From: Nitrososphaerales archaeon
GTDB lineage: Archaea; Thermoproteota; Nitrososphaeria; Nitrososphaerales; UBA213
Direction: 5' to 3'
Length of the DNA stretch: 32,000 bases
Assembly: GCA_965197925.1 (NCBI GenBank)
Contig: CBDAOC010000020.1
Location: forward strand, 941,312 to 973,311
The notes beneath the pieces were generated by a model that saw only the letters and a list, made by a program, of their open reading frames with translations, had not been told where the DNA came from and made no database searches. Position 1 is the first letter of the stretch. Every line of letters starts with the position of its first letter. This document shows, in pieces, positions 9,191 through 17,990 of the stretch. The position numbers were made by a program, and so were the translations under genes.

Positions 9191-9841
9191 ATGGTCTGGA
9201 TGCGACGCTGTGTGCACTACCTATTCATAGTAGTGGTTGCAGTAAACTCAACACTACTGACTATAAATGCTGGTGACTACATATTCTATACAGACTGGGC
9301 ATGGACATCCTTTGTTATATTCAATCTTTCTCAATCAACGATGCTCGCAGTAGGAGCGGTATACTACCTGACATTCACAGGGGTGCCAGGTACAGCGACG
9401 TATTATGCCACTATAATGACGATATATACTTGGGTTGCCAAAGGTGCTTGGTTAGCGTTAGGGTATCCATATGATTTCATAGTTACACCTGTTTGGATAC
9501 CGAGTGCGATGTTGTTGGACCTTGTGTACTGGTCAACTAAGAAGAATAAACATGCAACAATACTGATAGGCGGTGTGCTGATAGGAATGACAATGCCGCT
9601 CTTTAATATGATGAACTTGATTTTAGTAGCTGATCCCTTGGAAATGGCATTCAAGTACCCGAGACCTACACTGCCTCCGTACATGACGCCTATAGAACCC
9701 CAAGTAGGAAAGTTCTATAATAGTCCGGTGGCTCTTGGGGCGGGTATTAGTGCAGTATTATCGGTGCCTTTGGCTGCATTAGGGGCGAAGCTAACGACAT
9801 GGACGTATAGATGGGCGGCTGCTTGGAGCAAGTGGGACTAA
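9191..9841 (+). CDS. amoA: Ammonia monooxygenase subunit A (archaeal type)
   Basis: 216 aa. Near-verbatim archaeal AmoA strings: HYLFIVVVAVNSTLLTINAGDYIFYTDWAWTS, LTFTGVPGTATYYA, GYPYDFIVTPVWIPSAMLLDLVYW, KYPRPTLPPYMTPIEPQVGKFYNSPVALGAG. TATA-like cttatataat lies about 28 nt upstream. Confidence 0.97.
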   Translation: MVWMRRCVHYLFIVVVAVNSTLLTINAGDYIFYTDWAWTSFVIFNLSQSTMLAVGAVYYLTFTGVPGTATYYATIMTIYTWVAKGAWLALGYPYDFIVTPVWIPSAMLLDLVYWSTKKNKHATILIGGVLIGMTMPLFNMMNLILVADPLEMAFKYPRPTLPPYMTPIEPQVGKFYNSPVALGAGISAVLSVPLAALGAKLTTWTYRWAAAWSKWD

Positions 9842-9880
9842 AAACCCCCTTTTTTAATTTTTATAGTAATACTGCATGTT

Positions 9881-9910
9881 TTTCAAATGGTTAATTTTCA
9901 AATGGTTAAT
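9881..9910 (+). repeat. 15-bp direct duplication (tttcaaatggttaat x2) between the amoA stop and the next ORF
   Basis: Read directly: 9881-9895 is identical to 9896-9910. Confidence 0.9.
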
Positions 9911-9915
9911 AATCG

Positions 9916-10116
9916 ATGTCCATTAATCGGGGTATGAAGAAATTCTATCCTAAACCTCAAAGTTGTAATATATGTAATGCTAATTTGCTTGAGATGGAAT
10001 CGGAAAACTTTTCTGTACTTGTAAAAGAAAATGAGAAATTGGTAGGTCATTCTCCAGTTTTAACCAAGTATGAATGTACTCAATGTGGGGATGAAATGGA
10101 TCCTAAAGCACCCTGA
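9916..10116 (+). CDS. Small zinc-ribbon protein (66 aa; CNIC ... CTQC)
   Basis: ORF with two CxxC pairs about 45 residues apart, immediately downstream of amoA on the same strand. Confidence 0.45.
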   Translation: MSINRGMKKFYPKPQSCNICNANLLEMESENFSVLVKENEKLVGHSPVLTKYECTQCGDEMDPKAP

Positions 10117-10183
10117 TAAATGGGAAAAAATTTAGGTTATGTACTGATTAGTTATCTTATTCAAATTAAAGAAAAATAATTTT

Positions 10184-10387
10184 TTATCGGCTCTTAGTGG
10201 CTGAAACTACAATAAACACTGCTAGTCCTACACCAAGTCCTACCATCAGCGGCACAAAAGCCTTCAATGATTCACTCAAAAAGGCCTCCTGTCCCTTTAA
10301 CTCCTGTCCGAAAGCACTTTCAAAGGCAAATGATACAATAACCAGCCCAAGCAAAGTCAACAACAAATTTCTCCGCAAGCCCTTCAT
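10184..10387 (-). CDS. Small exported protein with a C-terminal anchor (67 aa)
   Basis: Signal-like MKGLRRNLLLTLLGLVIVSFAFESAFG. C-terminal helix LMVGLGVGLAVFIVVSA followed by TKSR. The architecture is the same as the 5286-5642 product. Confidence 0.5.
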   Translation of the reverse strand: MKGLRRNLLLTLLGLVIVSFAFESAFGQELKGQEAFLSESLKAFVPLMVGLGVGLAVFIVVSATKSR

Positions 10388-10538
10388 CGTATAGGTATCT
10401 GTAGAGGTATAATATAACTATGATGGTCTTAACGAAAACAGGTATACATCTGTAACCATTAGATGAGAGTTGCCATTTAAGCGAGAATAAAATTTATCTA
10501 GTTTAATTGTAGAGTAGTCACTCAATCAAATATTGATG

Positions 10539-10626
10539 AGCCTCGGGCGGGATTCGGACCCGCGACCTCTTCCTTACCAAGGAAGCGCTTTGACCATTAA
10601 TTCTAGCCAGGCTGAGCTACCGAGGC
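10539..10626 (-). tRNA. tRNA-Thr (anticodon GGU) with a 13-nt insertion inside the D-arm
   Basis: The reverse complement folds as GCCTCGG-TA-GCTC-AGCCTGGCTA-GA[ATTAATGGTCAAA]GC-G-CTTCC-TTGGTAA-GGAAG-AGGTC-GCGGG-TCCGAAT-CCCGC-CCGAGGC-T. The T-loop reads UCCGAAU, with C where U55 is expected. Confidence 0.8.
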
Positions 10627-10936
10627 ATGAAGAACTCGCTTATTTGGATAACTTATTAACTTTCCTAGATCAGACTTGTTATTCAGTTCACTGCAGAGTT
10701 TTCTTCTCATCTTTAATCCATATTAATATCATGGATGATCCTGCAAAGACTTGTAATCATCGTAGAGAAGTTCACCTTCTGGAAACCTTGCAAGATTCCT
10801 CCCCCTTTTTGGTTCCAGCTATATGATCTACTAAGCTATATGTTCATGCAACACATAATCTATGCCTTGTGAAGACAAAGAGGTTTCCGTGTGTGTTAAA
10901 AGGTTTAAGTTATGACTTGCGAGTTAGTCTAGTGTC

Positions 10937-11054
10937 GCGGGGGTTGCCGAGCCTGGCCAAAGAGGCTAGAAAAATTGGAAGCGCGGGACTTAAGATCTTA
11001 GAATGGGTGATCCCGTCTCTTAGGAGTTCGTGGGTTCGACTCCCACCCCCCGCA
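10937..11054 (+). tRNA. tRNA-Leu (anticodon UAA) with two introns
   Basis: GCGGGGG-TT-GCCGAGCCTGGCCAAAG[16-18 nt, about AGGCTAGAAAAATTGGAA]GCG-CGGGA-CTTAAG[ATCTTAGAATGGGTG]A-TCCCG-long variable arm-GTGGG-TTCGACT-CCCAC-CCCCCGC-A. The second insert is at the canonical 37/38 position. The first lies between the D-arm and the anticodon stem. Confidence 0.85.
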
Positions 11055-11708
11055 CGTTTAATGAGTCAACCCTATCGACTATTTCCAAAACCATTCATTT
11101 TCTATTGTTAATGTTTGAGTATCAATCATGGTAGAATTTCTTACTCCAAATATGAGCAAAGAGCAGGGAGCACCTGCATGGAGAGGTTAAATAAGATCTT
11201 GAGGTTTACTGGACTTCCTGATAAGATTAAGAACTTGATTTACAGCCCTAGTTTAGAAGAAATCAATAAGACCAAAAAAGAAATCTATATGAAATTACAG
11301 GGTTCATCCTAGTTAAACATGCCAAGATTTCAAATCAGCATAGGCATAAGAATAATCATGAAATCACCCTAAAGAAATGTGCATCATTTAATAATTAGGG
11401 TTAATATGCAGGCAAGAATTTTGCGAATGACATGCTCCCTATGTCATATTTTCATGCCCACATACTAACATCGGTTTGGTACTTCAAGATTCCTATTTAG
11501 ATAAGGTAATAAATCTCTTTTGATGTCCATTGGATGTACACTGCCATCTTCAATATGCTAGGTTAATATGTACAATAAGAAATTTCGTCCCTAATAGTTA
11601 CACTATAATCATATCACACACATTCGATCAAATCTTCGATTACTGCTTTTTCATATCTAGAAAGTGTTGCAAGGCAAAGCTAAAATGGTTAAATGTTCAT
11701 CTGTTCAT

Positions 11709-12689
11709 ATGCAAAAACCAAGATTGTATGTGACAAAGAATTTACCGAGAGCTGAAGAGATTCTTGAAAAATCTTGCAAGCTTACGGTATATAGGGGAAG
11801 AGCTCCACTGAACAAGAAAGAGATAATCAAAAATATCATGGATAAGGAGGGTCTTCTTTGCTCCTTCTCAGATCCCATTGACGGCGAAGTTATAGGTTGT
11901 GCAGAGAAACTTAAGGTAATAAGTTCCTACAGTGTAGGATATGATCATATAGACATAGATGTTGCAACGAGGCAAGGTATATGCGTGACCCATACACCAG
12001 AAGTTTTAACTGAAACCACAGCAGACCTGGCATTTGCTCTTCTGATTGCAGTTGCTAGGCGAATTGCGGAAAGTGATGCTTTTGTTAGAAAAGGAAGATG
12101 GCGTAGCGGTTGGAGGTATGATTTTATGTTGGGCAGTGATGTTTATGGAAAGACGTTGGGTATAGTCGGGTTAGGTAGAATAGGATCAGCAGTTGCAAAC
12201 CGTGCTAATGGTTTTAATATGAAAGTACTTTATCACAACAGGCAAAAACTAGCTCTTAAAAGGGAGAAGGAATTAGCAGTTGAGTACAGATCTCTAGATG
12301 ATCTTCTGAAGGAGAGCGATTTTGTCAGCATTCACCTACCATTGACTAGTGATACTTTTCATCTATTGAATGAAAAGAAACTGAAACTAATGAAACCAAC
12401 TTCATATTTGATAAACACTGCAAGAGGTTCTGTGATAGATGAAAAAGCATTGGTTAAGGTCTTGAAACAGAAAGTGATAGCGGGTGCGGGATTAGATGTT
12501 TTCGAGAAAGAACCACTCTTAAGAAATCATAAATTATTGAAAATGAATAACATTGTTGTTGCCCCCCATATAGGGAGTGCAACTATAGAAACTAGAGAAA
12601 AGATGGCTGAGGTGGCGGCTTTTAACCTACTAAATGTACTAAATGGGATAAAGCCTCTTCACACTGTTAACCCAGAGACCATTTCTTAG
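11709..12689 (+). CDS. D-isomer-specific 2-hydroxyacid dehydrogenase (glyoxylate/hydroxypyruvate reductase type)
   Basis: NAD-binding GIVGLGRIGSAVA. Catalytic-domain strings INTARGSVIDEKAL, GAGLDVFEKEP, VVAPHIGSAT. The start was moved to MQKPRLYVTK (11709). Confidence 0.88.
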   Translation: MQKPRLYVTKNLPRAEEILEKSCKLTVYRGRAPLNKKEIIKNIMDKEGLLCSFSDPIDGEVIGCAEKLKVISSYSVGYDHIDIDVATRQGICVTHTPEVLTETTADLAFALLIAVARRIAESDAFVRKGRWRSGWRYDFMLGSDVYGKTLGIVGLGRIGSAVANRANGFNMKVLYHNRQKLALKREKELAVEYRSLDDLLKESDFVSIHLPLTSDTFHLLNEKKLKLMKPTSYLINTARGSVIDEKALVKVLKQKVIAGAGLDVFEKEPLLRNHKLLKMNNIVVAPHIGSATIETREKMAEVAAFNLLNVLNGIKPLHTVNPETIS

Positions 12690-12690
12690 T

Positions 12691-13128
12691 TTATCTATCT
12701 AATTGAATTACAGCCTTAGAACCATATTTTTTGAATATGCTATCATATCGTTCTACTCGTTCCTTTATTGGACTTCCAATTTCATCATACATTTTTGTGA
12801 AAAATGCTGCAGTAAGTCTATCGCCTTTTGAGTCAATCAATCTTATGCTGTAGCTAATTCTGTCCTTCTTGTCTTCTCTGACGAATCTTACTTCTTTAAC
12901 TTCATTCTTGTCTATATGCATATGGCATGGACCACTGTTATCGCCAATTGTTATCCAGTTCTCTCTCACTTTAAAGGGAAGTTCATTAGTAATTCGCATC
13001 TCAATCACAACACCCCCCGTGTTCGCTGACATCAGTATATTTTCTTCATTGAGTATATCTCTTAACAAATTTTCGAGCATGCTAAGAATCTCTGGCCGGG
13101 ATCTTAAATAATATGCGGTTCGATTCAA
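12691..13128 (-). CDS. Hypothetical protein (145 aa)
   Basis: Clean ORF convergent with the dehydrogenase, with the two stop codons separated by 1 nt. I recognise no motif. Confidence 0.55.
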   Translation of the reverse strand: MNRTAYYLRSRPEILSMLENLLRDILNEENILMSANTGGVVIEMRITNELPFKVRENWITIGDNSGPCHMHIDKNEVKEVRFVREDKKDRISYSIRLIDSKGDRLTAAFFTKMYDEIGSPIKERVERYDSIFKKYGSKAVIQLDR

Positions 13129-13295
13129 ATAATAATAATTATTTTCCTCTTATTGCTTGAATGAAGTTGCTACACAGTTCTAAATGTATAATTAGTTTAG
13201 GCTTGGGCGTAATTTAGTTCGAAATGATAAGAACAGATTCCATTTTTTATTTGTGATGTATTTAATTCAAACTCTACTTCGTATATTATTTTTGA

Positions 13296-14227
13296 TTGAT
13301 TTGGTTCCTCAGCCAAAACCTAATAAGAAGAGGGAGACCCTTCTACTATTCACTAACAGTAATGCTAAGGTGCTTCATCGTAACAATGTGGCTAAGACTT
13401 CCTAGCAATAATCTATTACATCAATATTCTTCGTTAGATATTGCATACGACAGGAGAGTTATGCAATCAGGTGATCTTGATAGGTTGCCAGATAGAAGAA
13501 TATTCTACAGAAGGAACAAGACCATATCGTATGACATAAAGTCAAGAATAGATGTAATGGTTATGTTTGTGAGGGAAGAATTGGTAGATCCATTCATTGT
13601 ATCTGCTGATAGTTGTATATTGAAAAAAGAATGTGTATGGCACAAATCAAGCATGATAAAGAATATTATTCCTTACACTGGAATAGATATAGATGCAAGA
13701 TGGGGCTACGGCAAAACCAAGGGATGGATATTTGGATACAAGCTGTATATGACATCTAGTGGAGGTTCATCGATTGTACCATTATCTGCTGAACTCACTA
13801 CTGCCAATATTCGTGATGATAATATCTATCAGAGTATAACAGCATCCATTGGCAGAAGGAATTAGGTACGTTGCTGCAGATGAGGGATATGATAACTATG
13901 AATTATATCAGTTCAGCAAGTACAGGGTTCCTTCTCGTATTCCCTATAGAAAGAAGTTACAAGCATACAAAGCATGATAGGCTAGCATTATTACAGTTCT
14001 ATCAATCGGAATTTGAGCAGCGTGTATATTCGCAAAGAAGCATAAGCGTTGAGCCATTGATAGAGCATATGAAGGATGTATTTACCATAGATCCATTGCC
14101 AGTTAGAGGATTTGATAAAGCTAGGAGCATCGTTCTGATTTCTATATTGCTATACCAGCTGATGGTATACTACAACTACTTGACAGGAAGACCATTAAGG
14201 GCATTGAAGCACATGTTGGGAAGTTAA
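13296..14227 (+). pseudogene. IS4/IS5-superfamily DDE transposase remnant (here IS-D), split over at least three frames
   Basis: SADSCILK, ARWGYGKTKGWIFGYKLYM, a frame change to IRYVAADEGYDNYELY, then another to RSISVEPLIEHMKDVF. The short inverted motif tgattgatt occurs at about 13285 and about 14229 as possible ends. The element boundaries are weak. Confidence 0.7.
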
Positions 14228-14285
14228 TCAATCAGAGGCATCAAGTTATTTTTGTTATATGGAATAATGCCCATGCCTCAATTAG

Positions 14286-14612
14286 TTATTGGTTTGTTAT
14301 AGGACCAGGAAATGAGGTACCAGATTCAGAATTAGGTAAAGACCCATCATCGTCATTATTATTGTTCATTTCTTCATTTCCCCACTCAACACATGGCAAA
14401 ATTCTGGTTTCCGTAACTCCCTTAATCACCTGTATCTTTCGCATCACAAATTCGTAAATAGCTCTAAAGTCATTCTCTTCAACTGCTGCAAAAACATCGC
14501 ACTTGTCAGAAACCGCATACGCCTCAATCACACCTTCGATCTGTCTAATAAACTCAGCCGATGCTATTACATCTCTACCAGATTCTATATTAATCTCAAC
14601 ATAAGCTCGCAT
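14286..14612 (-). CDS. Stand-alone Lrp/AsnC-type ligand-binding (RAM) domain protein with an Asn/Asp-rich tail
   Basis: MRAYVEINIESG...VIEAYAVSDKCDVFAAVEENDFRAIYEFVMRKIQVIKGVTETRILP is the typical RAM fold pattern. No HTH is present. Confidence 0.65.
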   Translation of the reverse strand: MRAYVEINIESGRDVIASAEFIRQIEGVIEAYAVSDKCDVFAAVEENDFRAIYEFVMRKIQVIKGVTETRILPCVEWGNEEMNNNNDDDGSLPNSESGTSFPGPITNQ

Positions 14613-14722
14613 AGACCAGTTCAGTAGAATCTATTATGGTGTAGAATAAAAGTATAAAGATAAAAAAAGATTCATCCAAGATGATTAAGCTTTATAAGTG
14701 AAAAATTCTGCATCGGAATCAA

Positions 14723-15196
14723 ATGGCAGTTGTGAATAAGCACAGTCCCTTTGGCATAGGAGTAATAGCCTTTTTGATAGCAGTTGGTGTTAGCATAGGG
14801 TTCTACCAGTTTGCTTACCTTCCTGTAATCACTGCCAAACCTCAGATTCCTGAAGATATACTTGAACCGAAAGAAACATCAGAAATTAGGATCATTTCAG
14901 GCTCTTTCAGTCCAGAACAAGATGACAGTTATATACCGAAACGAGTCGAACTTTATCTCGGTTTGAATAACAAAGTTGTGTGGATCAACGAGGATGAAAT
15001 AGGACACACTATAACTACAGACAACGATTCTGAAGACCAGTTTAGTGGACGGTTTGATTCCCTTGATATTATGGGGATCCTGAAACCAGGAGAGACCTAC
15101 GAATTCCTATTCACTCAGGAAGGAGAGTTTCCATACCATTGTGAGCCACATCCCTGGATGAAGGGTGTAGTTAAGGTCATTAAACAAAAATTCTAG
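14723..15196 (+). CDS. Membrane-anchored plastocyanin-like type-1 (blue) copper protein
   Basis: An N-terminal helix, then cupredoxin ligand spacing: H in GHTITT and C-x-P-H-x2-M in YHCEPHPWMKG. Confidence 0.85.
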   Translation: MAVVNKHSPFGIGVIAFLIAVGVSIGFYQFAYLPVITAKPQIPEDILEPKETSEIRIISGSFSPEQDDSYIPKRVELYLGLNNKVVWINEDEIGHTITTDNDSEDQFSGRFDSLDIMGILKPGETYEFLFTQEGEFPYHCEPHPWMKGVVKVIKQKF

Positions 15197-15282
15197 ACCT
15201 ATTCTCACATCCAACAAATTCTTAAAAAGATGAGAGCTAAGGGCGAATGATTTATTATTTAGATTAGAGGTGTAACGAGTAT

Positions 15283-16698
15283 ATGGTTTATATGCAGAAA
15301 GCAGTTACTCTTTGTTTACTCCTACTAACAGGTAGTCTTGGGTTCAACACTGCGGACGCTACCACCAATACTACTGTAAGACTAGACAGCTTAGCTGGAT
15401 ATCCAACTACGCAGGGGGACACGATGATCTTCAGTGGAAGATTTGTCAAAGGGGCAACTGATACTGGTATTCAGAATTCTACAATCAATATTCTACACCA
15501 AATATCTTATAGTAATTCTAAAATTATTGCAACAGGGTTAACAGATGCTAACGGGTACTATTCGATCCCATGGATTGTTGATGTGGTGAAGATCGCCCCT
15601 GAAATTGGGGGCTCTTCAGGCTCAACATCAAAACAAGGGGAGGTGCAACGGATCCAAGTAAAGGTCATTGCTCAGTTTGATGGTGATGAAGAGTTTATCC
15701 GTTCAACAAGCAACGCTCAATCATTCGAAGTCAGGCTAAACCGGCTCAAGATTTTTGTAGAAAGGAAGCCAGTGTATCTAGCTTTTGAAAGTTTTACCCT
15801 TCGACTGCGTATTGTGGATGATGGAGAAAACCTAATTGATCCCGACAGTTTAATTGTGCGCTTCGATAATAGAGTGATTGAGCTTGTTTATGAAAGCATT
15901 GGAATCTATTCATTTAGGATTTCATCACTAAATCCTGGACCACATTCTCTAGCGGCAGTAGCTGAAAAGGCAGGTCATGTGACCGATGACCAGTTGGTTA
16001 CTATAGAGGGAATTAAGCGTAATACTGAGCTATCTATTACTACTGACAAGCCTACGTATAAGCGTGGGGAGAATGTCATTATAACTACCGACCTGATAGA
16101 CACAAGCGCCAATGTATTCGTTTTTGAAAAGGAAATATCAGCATCTCTTACATCTCCAACTCTTAGGGGCAGTACACTAGCGGTCGTTGATGGCAGGGCA
16201 ACTTACAAGGTAAGTGATTTTGATCCAATTGGTTCATGGTCAATCAGAGCCAGTTTTGCAGGTGACATCGCGTACTCAAAATCATCGAATACGTTTTCAT
16301 TCATGGTTGAAGAAGGAACAGGTATTGCATTTGATGACAAGGACCTAGTTGGGGAGAAAGTTTCGCTTGGAAGAATAGGTCTTGTGGATCAGACCGGTTC
16401 AGAACTCAGTAATGTATCTACAGGCCAGCAAGTTATGATACAGACCAAAATGACCAGCAATATTGCCTCAAGTGAAGAGGTAGCATACATTAGTCAGGTG
16501 AAAGATGCTGATGGTATTACAGTCTCGATCTCGTGGATAACAGGAACGATTTCTCCTGGCCAGTCACTTGAATTAGCAATTTCTTGGTTACCCGACGAAC
16601 CAGGGAGGTATAATGCAGAAGTCTTTGTTTGGAGTGACATAATAAGCCCTGAGCCACTTTCAAATGAAGTTAAACGTGCAACAATACTTGTGAAGTAA
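15283..16698 (+). CDS. Secreted protein of unknown function (471 aa), probably made of beta-sandwich repeat modules
   Basis: Signal-like N-terminus MQKAVTLCLLLLTGSLGFNTADA. The composition is Ser/Thr/Val/Ile-rich and beta-type. No catalytic motif recognised. Confidence 0.7.
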   Translation: MVYMQKAVTLCLLLLTGSLGFNTADATTNTTVRLDSLAGYPTTQGDTMIFSGRFVKGATDTGIQNSTINILHQISYSNSKIIATGLTDANGYYSIPWIVDVVKIAPEIGGSSGSTSKQGEVQRIQVKVIAQFDGDEEFIRSTSNAQSFEVRLNRLKIFVERKPVYLAFESFTLRLRIVDDGENLIDPDSLIVRFDNRVIELVYESIGIYSFRISSLNPGPHSLAAVAEKAGHVTDDQLVTIEGIKRNTELSITTDKPTYKRGENVIITTDLIDTSANVFVFEKEISASLTSPTLRGSTLAVVDGRATYKVSDFDPIGSWSIRASFAGDIAYSKSSNTFSFMVEEGTGIAFDDKDLVGEKVSLGRIGLVDQTGSELSNVSTGQQVMIQTKMTSNIASSEEVAYISQVKDADGITVSISWITGTISPGQSLELAISWLPDEPGRYNAEVFVWSDIISPEPLSNEVKRATILVK

Positions 16699-16786
16699 CC
16701 AGAAGAAGCTCTATTAATAGTTCAAATTTAAAGATGAATAGACTTTAAAAAAAGTAAAATGGATTAAAACTACAAGCCGATCCTCC

Positions 16787-17314
16787 CTATGTCAATTAAC
16801 AGTACCACAAACAAGCTATGTCAATTAACAGTACCACAAACAAGCTATGTCAATTAACAGTACCACAAACAAGCTATGTCAATTAACAGTACCACAAACA
16901 AGCTATGTCAATTAACAGTACCACAAACAAGCTATGTCAATTAACAGTACCACAAACAAGCTATGTCAATTAACAGTACCACAAACAAGCTATGTCAATT
17001 AACAGTACCACAAACAAGCTATGTCAATTAACAGTACCACAAACAAGCTATGTCAATTAACAGTACCACAAACAAGCTATGTCAATTAACAGTACCACAA
17101 ACAAGCTATGTCAATTAACAGTACCACAAACAAGCTATGTCAATTAACAGTACCACAAACAAGCTATGTCAATTAACAGTACCACAAACAAGCTATGTCA
17201 ATTAACAGTACCACAAACAAGCTATGTCAATTAACAGTACCACAAACAAGCTATGTCAATTAACAGTACCACAAACAAGCTATGTCAATTAACAGTACCA
17301 CAAACAAGCTATGT
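16787..17314. repeat. Minisatellite: 18 perfect head-to-tail copies of the 29-bp unit ctatgtcaattaacagtaccacaaacaag plus a 6-nt partial copy
   Basis: Counted directly. Unit starts fall at 16787+29k for k=0..17. I saw no mismatches and there are no spacers. Confidence 0.97.
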
Positions 17315-17824
17315 ACAACTTAGAGCTTATCCGAAAATTAACATCATAGCCTAATTGTTTATACCGAAACAGATCTAGATCTGTTCTCTCTAGCTAAATT
17401 TGTGATAAAAGCTAAGAAAAAGAGCATGCCGACCATATGGCATATACCAGACGATCTATGGGAAGAGTTCGAACTAGTGCTGCCGCCAAGGAAACCAGCA
17501 AGAACAGTTGGAAGGCTAGCTGTGCCATTTAGAAAAGTGTTGAATGGAATACTGTACGTATTAAGAACTGGATGCCAGTGGAAGAAGGTATCTAAAGAAT
17601 TTGGTTCTGGTTCAACTTGCCATGCAAGATTTCAGGAATGGATTGGGATAGGAGTATTCAAGAAGGTATGGAAGAGGCTGCTGGAAATATATGATGAATT
17701 GAAGGGTATAGGATGGGACTGGCAATCCATGGATAGCGTACCGAAGGCCCCATTAGGGGGAAAACGACCGGAGCAAACCCAACGGATAGAGGCAAGCTAG
17801 GTACCAAACGTCACATGCTGGTTG

Positions 17825-17990
17825 ATAGAAGAGGTATTCCTCTCTCATCTGTAATTACTGGAGCAAACAAGCACGATATGAAATCAGCCTTTCCTACAAT
17901 AGATAGCATTGTTGTTGATAGGCCCAAAGTTAAACAGAACATATGCATGAATAGGATACGATTTCCCTGAGATAGAGTATGGAGTATGAA
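17825..17990 (+). repeat. 166-bp segment of IS-A orfB, first copy of a direct duplication
   Basis: Matches 18706-18870 except for one substitution (ataggccc versus atatgccc) and one 1-nt indel (gcatgaatagg versus gcatgatagg). Confidence 0.9.

Noticed and set aside
9403-9684. Minus-strand ORF inside amoA, and plus-strand ORF 8893-9144 overlapping amoX.
   Set aside because: They overlap strongly supported genes in another frame or strand and have no independent signals.
10533-11111. ORFs 10533-10826 and 10869-11111.
   Set aside because: Both run across the tRNA genes. They owe their openness to GC-rich tRNA sequence.
16787-17314. A 29-bp repeat unit suggested a CRISPR array.
   Set aside because: The units are strictly contiguous with no spacers, the unit has no palindromic core, and no cas genes or leader lie nearby. 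It is a tandem minisatellite.
17351-17385. Similarity between the IS-A subterminal palindrome (cgaaacagatc) and the TIR cassette end (gatctgttcgtttcg).
   Set aside because: Only about 8 contiguous bases are shared, which is within chance expectation for a 32-kb AT-rich window.
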